The position numbers and the translations under genes are program-made. A model generated the notes under the pieces. It searched no databases. It worked only from the letters and a program-made list of their open reading frames with translations, and was not told the DNA's origin. A stretch of 64,000 nt of DNA, from positions 558,001 to 622,000 of the forward strand of contig CAXHJY010001477.1 in assembly GCA_964016885.1 (NCBI GenBank), written 5' to 3'. Below are positions 35,801 through 50,800 of the stretch, piece after piece (position 1 is the stretch's first letter; each line of letters begins with the position of its first letter). The DNA comes from Eledone cirrhosa (lineage: Eukaryota).

Positions 35801-38800
35801 TGTCCAGACGTAGACAAGGGAGTTGTCCAGACTTAGACAAGTGAGTTGTCCAGACATACACAAGGGTGTTGACCAGACTTATACAAGGGAGATGCCCAGA
35901 CTTAGACAAGGGTGTTATCCAGACTTAGACAAGGGAGTTACCCAGACTTAGGCAAGGGCGTTGTCCAGAATTAGACAAGGGAGTAGCCGAGACTTAGACA
36001 AGGGAGTTGCCCAAACTTAGACAAGGGATTTATCAAGAATTAGAAAAGGGAGTTCTACAGACTTACACAAGGGAGTTGCCCAGACTTAGACAAGGGAGTT
36101 ACCCAGACTTAGACAAGGGAGTTACCCAGAATTAGACAAGGGAGTTGCCCAGACTTAGACAAGGGTGTTGTCCAGACTTAGACAAGGGTGTTGTCCAGAC
36201 TTAGACAAGGCAGTTGTGCAGACTTACACAAGGGAGTTGCCCAGACTTAGACAAGGGAGCTACCCAGACTTAGACAAGGGAGCTACCCAGACTTAGACAT
36301 GGGAGTTACCCAGACTTAGACAAGGGAGTTGACCAGACTTAGACAAGGCAGTTTTCCAGACTTAGACAAGAGAGTTGCCCAGACTTAGACAATGGTGTAA
36401 CTCAGACTTAGACAAGGGTGTTGTCCATACTTAGACAAGGGAGTTGTCCAGACTTAGACAAGGGAGTTGTCCAGAGTTAGACAAGGGAGTTGTCCAGACT
36501 TAGACAAGGGAGTTGACCAGACTTATACAAGGGAGTTGTCCAGACTTAGACAAGGGAGTTACCCAGAATTAGACAAGGGAGGTGCCCAGTCTTAGACAAG
36601 TGTGTTGTCCAGACTTAAACAAGGGATTTACCAAGAATTAGAAAAGGGAGTTGCGCAGACTTACACAAGGGAGTTGCCCAGACTTAGACAAGGGAGTTCC
36701 CAGACATAGACAAGGAAATTACCCAGACTTAGACAAGGGAGTTCCCAGACTTAGACAAGGAAGTTACTCAGACTTAGACAAGGGAGATACCCAGAATTAG
36801 ACAAGGGAGTTGCCCAGACTTAGACAAGGGTGTTGTCCAGACTTAGACAAGGCAGTTGTGCAGACTAAGACAAGGGAGTTGTCAAGACGTAGACATGGAA
36901 GTTGCCCAGATTTAGACAAGAGTGTTACACAGACTTAGACAAGGGTGTTGTCCAGACTTAGAGACAAGGGAGTTGTCCAGACTTAGGCAAGGGAGTTACC
37001 CAGGCTTAGAAAAGTGAATTACCCAAACTTAGACAAGGGTGTTGTCCAGACTTAGACAAGTGCCTTGCTCAGACTTAGACAACGGAGTTGCCCAGACTTA
37101 GACAAGGGAGTTCCTAGACTTAGACAAGGAAGTTACCCAGATTTAGACAAGGAAGTTACCCATACTTAGACAAGGGTGTTGTCCAGACTTAGACAAGGGA
37201 GTTGCCCAGACTTAGACAATGGAGTTGTCCAGAATTATACAAGGGAGTTATCCAGACTTAGTCAAGGGAGTTAGCCCACTCTTAGACAAGAGAGTTGCCC
37301 AGACTTAGACAAGGGTGTTGTCCAGACATAGATAAAGGAGTTGCCCAGACTTAGACAAGGGTGTTGTCCAGACTTAGACAAGGGAGTTGTCCAGACTTAG
37401 AAAAGGGAGTTACCCAGACTTATATAAAGGAGTTGCCTAGACTTAGACAAGGGTGTTGTCCAGACTTAGACAACGGTGTCGTCCAGACTTAGAAGAGGGA
37501 GTTGCCCAGACTTAGACAAGGCAGTTGCCCAGAGTTAGACAACGAGGTTGCCCAGACTTAGACAAGGAAGTTGCCCAGACTTAGACAAGGGAGTTGCCTA
37601 GACTTAGAAAAGGGAATGGTGCAGACTTAGATAAGGGGGTTACCCAAATTTAGACAAGGGATTTACCAAGAATTAGACAAGGGAGTTGCCCAGACTTAGA
37701 CAACGGTGTTGTCCAGACTTAGAAAAGGGAGTTGCCCAGACTTAGACAAGGGAGTTGCCCAGAGTTAGAAAGGGGAGTTACCTAGACTTAGACAGGGAAG
37801 TTGCCCAGACTTAGACAAGGAAGTTGCCCAGACTTAGACAAGGGAGTTGCCCAGACTCAGACAAGGGAGTTGCCCAGACTTAGACAAGGAAGTTACCCAG
37901 ACTTCGACAAGGGAGTTGTCCAGACTTAAATAAGGGAGTTGCCCAGACTTAGACAACGCAGTTCCCAGACTTAGACAAGGAAGTTACCGAGACTTAGACA
38001 AGGGAGTCGTCCAGACTTAGACAAGGGAGTTGCGCATACTTAGACAAGGGAGTTGCCCAGACTTAGACAAGGGAGTTGCCAAGACTTAGACAAGGGAGTT
38101 CCCAGACTTAGACAAGGGAGTTGTCCAGAATTAGACAAGGGTGTTGTCCAGACTTAGACAAGGGTGTTGTCCAAATTTAGACATGGGATTAACCAATAAT
38201 TAGACAAGGGAGTTGCCCAGACTTAGACAAGGGAGTTGTACAGACTTAGACAAGGGAGTTACCCAGACTTAGACAAGGGAGTTGCCCAGACTTAGAAAAG
38301 GGTTTTGTCCAGACATCGACAAGGGTATTGTCCAGACTTAGACAAGGGAGTAACCCAGAATTTGACAAGGGAGTTGTCAAGACTTAGACAAGGTAGTTGT
38401 CCAGACTTAGAGAAGGGATTTGCCCTGACTTAGACAAGAGAGTTGCCCAGACTTAGACAATGGTGTAACTCAGACTTAGACAAGGGTGTTGTCCATACTT
38501 AGACAAGGGAGTTGTCCAGACTTAGACAAGGGAGTTGTGCAGACTTAGACAAGGGAGTTGACCAGACTTATACAAGGGAGTTGCCCAGACTTAGACAAGG
38601 GAGTTACCCAGACTTAGACAAGGGAGTTATCCAGAATTAGACAAGGGAGGTCCCCAGACTTAGACAAGTGTGTTGTCCAGACAAGGGATTTACCAAGAAT
38701 TAGAAAAGGGAGACTTGCGCAGACATACACACGGGAGTTGCCCAGACTTAGACAATGGAACTACCCAGACTTAGACAAGGGAGTTACCCAGACATAGATA

Positions 38801-41800
38801 AGGGAGTTGCCCAGACTTAGACAAGGGAGTTACCCAGACTTAGACAAGGGAGTTACCCAGAATTAGACAAGGGAGTTGCCCAGACTTAGACAAGGGTGTT
38901 GTCCAGACTTAGACAAGGGTGTTGTCAAGACTTAGTCAAGGCAGTTGTGCAGACTTAGACAAATGAGTTGTTGTGACTTAGACATGGAAGTTGCCCATAT
39001 TTAGACAATAGTGTTACTCAGACTTAGACAAGGGTGTTGTCCAGACTTAGACAAGGCTGTTGTCCAGACTTAGACAAGGGAGTTGCCCAGACTTAGACAA
39101 GGCAGTTGTCCAGACTTTGACAAGGGATTTGCCCAGATTTAGACAAGGGAGTTGTCCAGACTTAGACAAGGGAGTTGACCAGACTTAGACAAGGCTGTTG
39201 TCCAGATTTAGACAAGAGAGTTGCCCAGACTTAGACAAGGGATTTGTCCAGACTTGGACAAGGGATTTGCCCAGACCTAGACAAGGGAGTTGCCCAGACT
39301 TAGACAAGGGAGTTGTCCAGACTTAGGCAAGGGAGTTACCCAGACTTAGAAAAGGGAATTACCCAAACTTAGACAAGGGTGTTGTCCAGACTTAGACAAG
39401 TGTCTTGCTCAGACTTAGACAACGGAGTTGTCCAGACTTAGACAAGGGAGTTCCCAGACTTAGACAAGGAAGTTACCCAGACTTAGACAAGGAAGTTACT
39501 CAGACTTAGACAAGGGTGTTGTCCAGACTTAGACAAGGCTGTTGTCCAGACTTAGACAAGTGAGTTACCCAGACTTAGACAATGGAGTTTTCCAGAATTA
39601 TACAAAAGAGTTATCCAGACCTAGTCAAGGGAGTTACCCAGACTTAGACAAGGGAGTTGCCCAGACTTAGACAAGGGTATTGTCCAAACTTAGATAAGGG
39701 AGTTGCCCAGACTTAGACAAGGGTGTTGTCCAGACTTAGACAAGGCAGTTGTCCAGACTTAGAAAAGGGAACTGCCCAGACTTAGATAAGGGAGTTGCCC
39801 AGACTTAGACAACGGTGTTATCCAGACTTAGAAGAGGGAGTTGCCCAGACTTAGACAAGGGAGTTTCCCAGAGTTAGACAAGGAAGTTGCCCAGACTTAG
39901 ACAAGGAAGTTGCCCAGACTTAGACAAGGGAGTTGCCCAGACTTAGAAAAGGGAATTGTCCAGACTTAGATAAGGGGGTTACCCAGACTTACACGAGGGT
40001 GTTGTCCAGACTTAGCCAAGGGTGTTGTCCAAATTTAGACAAGGGATTTACCAAGAATTAGACAAGGGAGTTGCCCAGACTTAGACAAGGTAGTTGTACA
40101 GACTTAGGAAAGGGAGTTGTCCAGACTTAGACAAGGGAGTTGCCCAGACTTAGACAAGGAAGTTACCCTGACTTCGACAAGGGAGTTGTCCAGAATTAGA
40201 TAAGGGAGTTGCCCAGACTTAGACAAGAGACTTCCCTGACTTAGACAAGGAAGTTACCCAGACTTAGATAAGGGAGTCGTCCAGACTTAGACAAGGGAGT
40301 TGCGCATACCTAGAATGGGAGTTGCCCAGACTTAGACAAGGGAGTTGCCAAGACTGAGACAAGGGAGTTCCCAGACTTAGACAAGGGAGTTGTCCAGACT
40401 TAGAAAAGGGAGTTGCCCAGACTTAGATAAGGGAGTTGCCCAGACCTAGACAAGGGAGTTGCCCAGACTTAGACAAGGGTGTTGTCCAGACTTAGACAAC
40501 GGCGTTGTCCAGACTTAGAAAAGGGAGTTGCCCAGACTTAGAAAGGGGAGTTGCCCAGACTTAGACAAGGAAGTTGCCCAGACTTAGACAAGGAAGTTGC
40601 CCAGACTTAGACAAGGGAGTTGCCCAGACTTAGAAAAGGGAGTCGTCCAGACTTTGGAAAGGGAGTTGCCCAGACTTAGACAAGGGAGTTGCCCAGACTT
40701 AGACAAGGAAGTTACCCAGACATCGACAAGGGAGTTGTCCAGACTTAGATAAGGGAGTTGCCCAGACTTAGACAAGAGAGTTCCCAGACTTAGACAAGGA
40801 ATTACCCAGACTTAGACAAGGGAGTCGTCCAGACTTAGACAAGGGAGTTGCGCATACCTAGAAAGGGAGTTGCCCAGACTTAGACAAGGGAGTTGCCAAG
40901 ACTGAGACAAGGGAGTTCCCAGTCTTAGACAAGGGAGTTGTCCAGACTTACAAAAGGGAGTTGCCCAGACTTAGATAAGGGAGTTGCCCAGACCTAGACA
41001 AGGGAGTTGCCCAGACTTAGACAAGGGTGTTGTCCAGACTTAGACAACGGTGTTGTCCAGACTTAGAAAAGGGAGTTGCCCAGACTTAGAAAGGGGAGTT
41101 GCCCAGACTTAGACAAGGAAGTTGCCCAGACTTAGACAAGGGAGTTGCGCAGACTTAGACAAGGAAGTTACCCAGACATCGACAAGGGAGTTGTCCAGAC
41201 TTAGATAAGGGAGTTGCCCAGACTTAGACAAGAGACTTCCCAGACTTAGACAAGGAAGTTACCCAGACTTAGACAAGGGAGTCGTCCAGACTTAGACAAG
41301 GGAGTTGCGCATACCTAGACAAGGGAGTTGCCCAGACTTAGACAAGGGAGTTGCCAAGACTTAGACAAGGGAAATCCCAGACTTAGACAAGGGAGTTGTC
41401 TAGACTTAGACAAGGGAGTTGTCCAGACTTAGAAAAGGGAGTTGCCCAGACTTAGATAAGGGAGTTGCCCAGACTTAGACAAGGGTGTTGTCCAGACTTA
41501 GACAAGGGAGTTGTCTAGACTTAGATAAGGGAGTTGCCCAGACTTAGACAAGGGAGTTCCCAGACTTAGACAAGGGAGTCGTCCAGACTTAGACAAGGGA
41601 GTTGCGCATACTTAGACAAGGGAGTTGCTCAGACTTAGACAAGGGAGTTGCCAAGACTTAGACAAGGGAGTTCCCAGACTTAGACAAGGGAGTAGTCCAG
41701 ACTTAGACAAGGGAGTTGCTCAGACTTAGACAAGGCCGTTGTCCAGACTTAAACAAGTGTTGCCCAGACTTAGACAATGGTGTAACTCAGACTTAGACAA

Positions 41801-44800
41801 GGGTGTTGTCCATACTTAGACAAGGGTGTTGTCCAGACTTAGACAAGGGAGTTGTCCAGACTTAAACAAGTGTTGCCCAGACTTAGACAATGGTGTAACT
41901 CAGACTTAGACAAGGGTGTTGTCCATACTTAGACAAGGGAGTTGTCCAGACTTAGACAAGGGAGTTGTCCAGACTTAGACAAGGGAGTTGTCCAGACTTA
42001 TACAAGGGAGTTGTCCAGACTTATACAAGGGAGTTGACCAGACTTATACAAGGGAGATGCTCAGACTTAGACAGGGGTGTTATCCAGACTTAGACAAGGG
42101 AGTTACCCAGACTTAGGCAAGGGTGTTGTCCAGAATTAGACAAGGGAGTAGCCCAGACTTAGACAAGGGATTTACCAAGAATTAGAAAAGGGAGTTGCAC
42201 AGACTTACACAAGGGAGTTGCCCAGACTTAGACAAGGGAGTTACCCAGACTTAGACAAGGGAGTTACCAGACTTAGAAAGGGGAGTTGCCCAGACTTAAA
42301 CAAGGAATTTGCCCAGACTTAGACAAGGGAGTTGCCCAGACTTAGAAAAGGGAGTTGTCCAGACTTAGACAAGGGAGTTGCTCAGACTTAGACAAGGGAG
42401 TTGCTCAGACCTAGACAAGGAAGTTACCCAGACTTCGACAAGCGAGTTGTCCAGACTTAGACAAGGGAGTTGCGCATACTTAGACAAGGGAGTTGCCCAG
42501 ACTTAGACAAGGGAGTTCCCAGACTTAGACAAGGGAGTCGTCCAGACTTAGACAAGGGAGTTGCGCATACTTAGACAAGGGAGTTGCGCATACTTAGACA
42601 AGGGAGTTGCCAAGACTTAGACAAGGGAGTTCCCAGACTTAGACAAGGGAGTCGTCCAGAATTAGACAAGGGTGTTGTCCAGACTTAGACAAGGGTGTTG
42701 TCCAAATTTACACAAGGGATTTACCAAGAATTAGACAAGGGAGTTGACCAGATTTAGACAAGAGAGTTGCCAGACTTAGACAAGGTAGTTGCCCAGACTT
42801 ATACAAGGGAGTTATCCAGACCTAGTCAAGGGAGGTACCCAGACTTAGACAAGGGAGTTGCCCAGACTTAGATAAGGGAGTTGCCCAGACTTAGACAAGG
42901 GTGTTGTCCAGACTTAGACAAGGGAGTTGTCCAGACTTAGAAAAGGGAGTTGCCCAGACTTAGATAAGGGAGTTGCCCAGACTTAGACAAGGGAGTTTCC
43001 CAGACTTAGATAAGGGAGTTGGCCAGACTTAGACAAGGGTGTTGTCCAGACTTAGACAAGGGAGTTGTCCAGACTTAGAAAAGGGAGTTGCCCAGACTTA
43101 GATAAGGGAGTTGCCCAGACTTAGACAAGGGTGTTGTCCAGACTTAGACAACGGTTTTGTCCAGACTTAGAAAAGGGAGTTGCCCAGACTTAGACAAGGG
43201 AGTTGCCCAGAGTTAGACAAGGAAGTTGTCCAGACTTAGACAAGGAAGTTGCCCAGACTCAGACAAGGGAGTTGCCCAGACTTAGAAAAGGGAGTTGTCC
43301 AGACTTAGACAAGCGAGTTGCCCAGACTTAGACAAGGGAGTTACCAAGACTTAGACAAGGGAATTGTCCAGACTTAGATAAGGGGGTTACCCAGACTTAG
43401 TCAAGGGTGTTGTCCAAACTTAGCCAAGGGTGTAGTCCAAATTTAGACAAGGGATTTACCAAGAATTAGACAAGGGAGTCGCCCGGACTTAGACAAGGAA
43501 TTTACCCAGACTTCGACAAGGGAGTTGTCCAGACTTAGATAAGGGAGTTGCCCAGACTTAGACAAGGGAGTTACAAGACTTAGACAAGAAGTTACCCAGA
43601 CTTAGACAAGGGAGCCATCCAGACTTAGACAAGGGAGTTGCACATACTTAGACAAGGGAGTTGCCCAGACTTAGACAAGGGAGTTGCCAAGACTTAGACA
43701 AGGGAGTTCCCAGACTTAGACAAGGGAGTTGTCCAAATTTAGACAAGGGATTTAACAAGAATTAGACAAGGGAGTTGCCCAGACTTAGACAAGGGTGTTG
43801 TACAGACTTAGACAAGGGAGTTACCCAGACTTAGACAAGGAAGTTACCCAGACATCGACAAGGGAGTTGTCCAGACTTAGATAAGGGAGTTGCCCAGACT
43901 TAGACAAGAGAGTTCCCAGACTTAGACAAGGAAGTTACCCAGACTTAGACAAGGGAGTCGTCCAGACTTAGACAAGGGAGTTGCGCATACCTAGAAAGGG
44001 AGTTGCCCAGACTTAGACAAGGGAGTTGCCAAGACTGAGACAAGGGAGTTCCCAGTCTTAGACAAGGGAGTTGTCCAGACTTACAAAAGGGAGTTGCCCA
44101 GACTTAGATAAGGGAGTTGCCCAGACCTAGACAAGGGAGTTGCCCAGACTTAGACAAGGGTGTTGTCCAGACTTAGACAACGGTGTTGTCAAGACTTAGA
44201 AAAGGGAGTTGCCCAGACTTAGAAAGGGGAGTTGCCCAGACTTAGACATGGAAGTTGCCCAGACTTAGACAAGGGAGTTGCCCAGACTTAGACAAGGAAG
44301 TTACCCAGCCATCGACAAGGGAGTTGTCCAGACTTAGATAAGGGAGTTGCCCAGACTTAGACAAGAGAGTTCCCAGACTTAGACAAGGGAGTCGTCCAGA
44401 CTTAGACAAGGGAGTTGCGCATACCTAGACAAGGGAGTTGCCCAGACTTAGACAAGGGAGTTGCCAAGACTTAGACAAGGGAAATCCCAGACTTAGACAA
44501 GGGAGTTGTCTAGACTTAGACAAGGGAGTTGTCCAGACTTAGAAAAGGGAGTTGCCCAGACTTAGATAAGGGAGTTGCCCAGACTTAGACAAGGGTGTTG
44601 TCCAGACTTAGACAAGGGAGTTGTCTAGACTTAGATAAGGGAGTTGCCCAGACTTAGACAAGGGAGTTCCCAGACTTAGACAAGGGAGTCGTCCAGACTT
44701 AGACAAGGGAGTTGCGCATACTTAGACAAGGGAGTTGCTCAGACTTAGACAAGGGAGTTGCCAAGACTTAGACAAGGGAGTTCCCAGACTTAGACAAGGG

Positions 44801-47800
44801 AGTAGTCCAGACTTAGACAAGGGAGTTGCTCAGACTTAGACAAGGCCGTTGTCCAGACTTAAACAAGTGTTGCCCAGACTTAGACAATGGTGTAACTCAG
44901 ACTTAGACAAGGGTGTTGTCCATACTTAGACAAGGGTGTTGTCCAGACTTAGACAAGGGAGTTGTCCAGACTTAAACAAGTGTTGCCCAGACTTAGACAA
45001 TGGTGTAACTCAGACTTAGACAAGGGTGTTGTCCATACTTAGACAAGGGAGTTGTCCAGACTTAGACAAGGGAGTTGTCCAGACTTATACAAGGGAGTTG
45101 AACAGACTTATACAAGGGAGATGCTCAGACTTAGACAGGGGTGTTATCCAGACTTAGACAAGGGAGTTACCCAGACTTAGGCAAGGGTGTTGTCCAGAAT
45201 TAGACAAGGGAGTAGCCCAGACTTAGACAAGGGAGTTGCCCAGACTTAGACAAGGGAGTTACCAAGAATTAGAAAAGGGAGTTGCACAGACTTACACAAG
45301 GGAGTTGCCCAGACTTAGACAAGGGAGTTACCCAGACTTAGACAAGGGAGTTACCAGACTTAGAAAGGGGAGTTGCCCAGACTTAAACAAGGAAGTTGCC
45401 CAGACTTAGACAAGGGAGTTGCCCAGACTTAGAAAAGGGAGTTGTCCAGACTTAGACAAGGGAGTTGCTCAGACTTAGACAAGGGAGTTGCTCAGACCTA
45501 GACAAGGAAGTTACCCAGACTTCGACAAGCGAGTTGTCCAGACTTAGACAAGGGAGTTGCGCATACTTAGACAAGGGAGTTGCCCAGACTTAGACAAGGG
45601 AGTTGCCAAGACTTAGACAAGGGAGTTCCCAGACTTAGACAAGGGAGTCGTCCAGAATTAGACAAGGGTGTTGTCCAGACTTAGACAAGGGTGTTGTCCA
45701 AATTTACACAAGGGATTTACCAAGAATTAGACAAGGGAGTTGACCAGATTTAGACAAGAGAGTTGCCAGACTTAGACAAGGTAGTTGCCCAGACTTATAC
45801 AAGGGAGTTATCCAGACCTAGTCAAGGGAGGTACCCAGACTTAGACAAGGGAGTTGCCCAGACTTAGATAAGGGAGTTGCCCAGACTTAGACAAGGGTGT
45901 TGTCCAGACTTAGACAAGGGAGTTGTCCAGACTTAGAAAAGGGAGTTGCCCAGACTTAGATAAGGGAGTTGCCCAGACTTAGACAAGGGAGTTGCCCAGA
46001 CTTAGATAAGGGAGTTGCCCAGACTTAGACAAGGGTATTGTCCAGACTTAGACAAGGGAGTTGTCCAGACTTAGAAAAGGGAGTTGCCCAGACTTAGATA
46101 AGGGAGTTGCCCAGACTTAGACAAGGGTGTTGTCCAGACTTAGACAACGGTTTTGTCCAGACTTAGAAAAGGGAGTTGCCCAGACTTAGACAAGGGAGTT
46201 GCCCAGAGTTAGACAAGGAAGTTGCCCAGACTTAGACAAGGAAGTTGCCCAGACTCAGACAAGGGAGTTGCCCAGACTTAGAAAAGGGAGTTGTCCAGAC
46301 TTAGACAAGCGAGTTGCCCAGACTTAGACAAGGGAGTTACCAAGACTTAGACAAGGGAATTGTCCAGACTTAGATAAGGGGGTTACCCAGACTTAGACAA
46401 GGGTGTTGTCCAAACTTAGCCAAGGGTGTAGTCCAAATTTAGACAAGGGATTTACCAAGAATTAGACAAGGGAGTCGCCCAGACTTAGACAAGGAATTTA
46501 CCCAGACTTCGACAAGGGAGTTGTCCAGACTTAGATAAGGGAGTTGCCCAGACTTAGACAAGGGAGTTACAAGACTTAGACAAGAAGTTACCCAGACTTA
46601 GACAAGGGAGCCGTCCAGACTTAGACAAGGGAGTTGCACATACTTAGACAAGGGAGTTGCCCAGACTTAGACAAGGGAGTTGCCAAGACTTAGACAAGGG
46701 AGTTCCCAGACTTAGACAAGGGAGTTGTCCAAATTTAGACAAGGGATTTAACAAGAATTAGACAAGGGAGTTGCCCAGACTTAGACAAGGGTGTTGTACA
46801 GACTTAGACAAGGGAGTTACCCAGACTTAGAAAAGGGAGTTACCCAGACTTAGACAAGGGAGTTGCCCAGACTTAGAAAAGGGTTTTGTCCAGATTTCGA
46901 CAAGGGTGTTGTCCAGACTTAGACAAGGGTGTTGTTCAGACTTAGACAAGGGAGTTGCTCAGACTTAGACAAGGCCGTTGTCCAGACTTAGACAATGGTG
47001 TTGCCCAGACTTAGACAAGGGTGTTGTCCAGACTTAGACAAGGGAGTTGTCCAGACTTAGACAAGGGAGTTGTCCAGACTTAGACAAGGGAGTTGTCCAG
47101 ACTTAGACAAGGGAGTTGACCAGACTTATACAAGGGAGTTGTCCAGACTTAGACAAGGGAGTTACAAGACTTAGACAAGAAGTTACCCAGACTTAGACAA
47201 GGGAGCCATCCAGACTTAGACAAGGGAGTTGCACATACTTAGACAAGGGAGTTGCCCAGACTTAGACAAGGGAGTTGCCAAGACTTAGACAAGGGAGTTC
47301 CCAGACTTAGACAAGGGAGTTGTCCAAATTTAGACAAGGGATTTAACAAGAATTAGACAAGGGAGTTGCCCAGACTTAGACAAGGGTGTTGTACAGACTT
47401 AGACAAGGGAGTTACCCAGACTTAGACAAGGAAGTTACCCAGACATCGACAAGGGAGTTGTCCAGACTTAGATAAGGGAGTTGCCCAGACTTAGACAAGA
47501 GAGTTCCCAGACTTAGACAAGGAAGTTACCCAGACTTAGACAAGGGAGTCGTCCAGACTTAGACAAGGGAGTTGCGCATACCTAGAAAGGGAGTTGCCCA
47601 GACTTAGACAAGGGAGTTGCCAAGACTGAGACAAGGGAGTTCCCAGTCTTAGACAAGGGAGTTGTCCAGACTTACAAAAGGGAGTTGCCCAGACTTAGAT
47701 AAGGGAGTTGCCCAGACCTAGACAAGGGAGTTGCCCAGACTTAGACAAGGGTGTTGTCCAGACTTAGACAACGGTGTTGTCCAGACTTAGAAAAGGGAGT

Positions 47801-50800
47801 TGCCCAGACTTAGAAAGGGGAGTTGCCCAGACTTAGACATGGAAGTTGCCCAGACTTAGACAAGGGAGTTGCCCAGACTTAGACAAGGAAGTTACCCAGA
47901 CATCGACAAGGGAGTTGTCCAGACTTAGATAAGGGAGTTGCCCAGACTTAGACAAGAGAGTTCCCAGACTTAGACAAGGGAGTCGTCCAGACTTAGACAA
48001 GGGAGTTGCGCATACCTAGACAAGGGAGTTGCCCAGACTTAGACAAGGGAGTTGCCAAGACTTAGACAAGGGAAATCCCAGACTTAGACAAGGGAGTTGT
48101 CTAGACTTAGACAAGGGAGTTGTCCAGACTTAGAAAAGGGAGTTGCCCAGACTTAGATAAGGGAGTTGCCCAGACTTAGACAAGGGTGTTGTCCAGACTT
48201 AGACAAGGGAGTTGTCTAGACTTAGATAAGGGAGTTGCCCAGACTTAGACAAGGGAGTTCCCAGACTTAGACAAGGGAGTCGTCCAGACTTAGACAAGGG
48301 AGTTGCGCATACTTAGACAAGGGAGTTGCTCAGACTTAGACAAGGGAGTTGCCAAGACTTAGACAAGGGAGTTCCCAGACTTAGACAAGGGAGTAGTCCA
48401 GACTTAGACAAGGGAGTTGCTCAGACTTAGACAAGGCCGTTGTCCAGACTTAAACAAGTGTTGCCCAGACTTAGACAATGGTGTAACTCAGACTTAGACA
48501 AGGGTGTTGTCCATACTTAGACAAGGGTGTTGTCCAGACTTAGACAAGGGAGTTGTCCAGACTTAAACAAGTGTTGCCCAGACTTAGACAATGGTGTAAC
48601 TCAGACTTAGACAAGGGTGTTGTCCATACTTAGACAAGGGAGTTGTCCAGACTTAGACAAGGGAGTTGTCCAGACTTAGACAAGGGAGTTGTCCAGACTT
48701 ATACAAGGGAGTTGACCAGACTTATACAAGGGAGTTGCTCAGACTTAGACAAGGCCATTGTCCAGACTTAAACAAGTGTTGCCCAGACTTAGACAATGGT
48801 GTAACTCAGACTTAGACAAGGGTGTTGTCCATACTTAGACAAGGGAGTTGTCCAGACTTAGACAAGGGAGTTGTCCAGACTTAGACAAGGGAGTTGTCCA
48901 GACTTATACAAGGGAGTTGACCAGACTTATACAAGGGAGATGCTCAGACTTAGACAGGGGTGTTATCCAGACTTAGACAAGGGAGTTACCCAGACTTAGG
49001 CAAGGGTGTTGTCCAGAATTAGACAAGGGAGTAGCCCAGACTTAGACAAGGGAGTTGCCCAGACTTAGACAAGGGAGTTACCAAGAATTAGAAAAGGGAG
49101 TTGCACAGACTTACACAAGGGAGTTGCCCAGACTTAGACAAGGGAGTTACCCAGACTTAGACAAGGGAGTTACCAGACTTAGAAAGGGGAGTTGCCCAGA
49201 CTTAAACAAGGAAGTTGCCCAGACTTAGACAAGGGAGTTGCCCAGACTTAGAAAAGGGAGTTGTCCAGACTTAGACAAGGGAGTTGCTCAGACTTAGACA
49301 AGGGAGTTGCTCAGACCTAGACAAGGAAGTTACCCAGACTTCGACAAGCGAGTTGTCCAGACTTAGACAAGGGAGTTGCGCATACTTAGACAAGGGAGTT
49401 GCCCAGACTTAGACAAGGGAGTTGCCAAGACTTAGACAAGGGAGTTCCCAGACTTAGACAAGGGAGTCGTCCAGAATTAGACAAGGGTGTTGTCCAGACT
49501 TAGACAAGGGTGTTGTCCAAATTTACACAAGGGATTTACCAAGAATTAGACAAGGGAGTTGACCAGATTTAGACAAGAGAGTTGCCAGACTTAGACAAGG
49601 TAGTTGCCCAGACTTATACAAGGGAGTTATCCAGACCTAGTCAAGGGAGGTACCCAGACTTAGACAAGGGAGTTGCCCAGACTTAGATAAGGGAGTTGCC
49701 CAGACTTAGACAAGGGTGTTGTCCAGACTTAGACAAGGGAGTTGTCCAGACTTAGAAAAGGGAGTTGCCCAGACTTAGATAAGGGAGTTGCCCAGACTTA
49801 GACAAGGGAGTTGCCCAGACTTAGATAAGGGAGTTGCCCAGACTTAGACAAGGGTATTGTCCAGACTTAGACAAGGGAGTTGTCCAGACTTAGAAAAGGG
49901 AGTTGCCCAGACTTAGATAAGGGAGTTGCCCAGACTTAGACAAGGGTGTTGTCCAGACTTAGACAACGGTTTTGTCCAGACTTAGAAAAGGGAGTTGCCC
50001 AGACTTAGACAAGGGAGTTGCCCAGAGTTAGACAAGGAAGTTGCCCAGACTTAGACAAGGAAGTTGCCCAGACTCAGACAAGGGAGTTGCCCAGACTTAG
50101 AAAAGGGAGTTGTCCAGACTTAGACAAGCGAGTTGCCCAGACTTAGACAAGGGAGTTACCAAGACTTAGACAAGGGAATTGTCCAGACTTAGATAAGGGG
50201 GTTACCCAGACTTAGACAAGGGTGTTGTCCAAACTTAGCCAAGGGTGTAGTCCAAATTTAGACAAGGGATTTACCAAGAATTAGACAAGGGAGTCGCCCA
50301 GACTTAGACAAGGAATTTACCCAGACTTCGACAAGGGAGTTGTCCAGACTTAGATAAGGGAGTTGCCCAGACTTAGACAAGGGAGTTACAAGACTTAGAC
50401 AAGAAGTTACCCAGACTTAGACAAGGGAGCCGTCCAGACTTAGACAAGGGAGTTGCACATACTTAGACAAGGGAGTTGCCCAGACTTAGACAAGGGAGTT
50501 GCCAAGACTTAGACAAGGGAGTTCCCAGACTTAGACAAGGGAGTTGTCCAAATTTAGACAAGGGATTTAACAAGAATTAGACAAGGGAGTTGCCCAGACT
50601 TAGACAAGGGTGTTGTACAGACTTAGACAAGGGAGTTACCCAGACTTAGAAAAGGGAGTTACCCAGACTTAGACAAGGGAGTTGCCCAGACTTAGAAAAG
50701 GGTTTTGTCCAGATTTCGACAAGGGTGTTGTCCAGACTTAGACAAGGGTGTTGTTCAGACTTAGACAAGGGAGTTGCTCAGACTTAGACAAGGCCGTTGT

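Noticed and set aside
22846-40775. Short ORFs within the satellite
   Set aside because: They are translations of the 23-mer cycling through frames where a stop is mutated. No coding signal.
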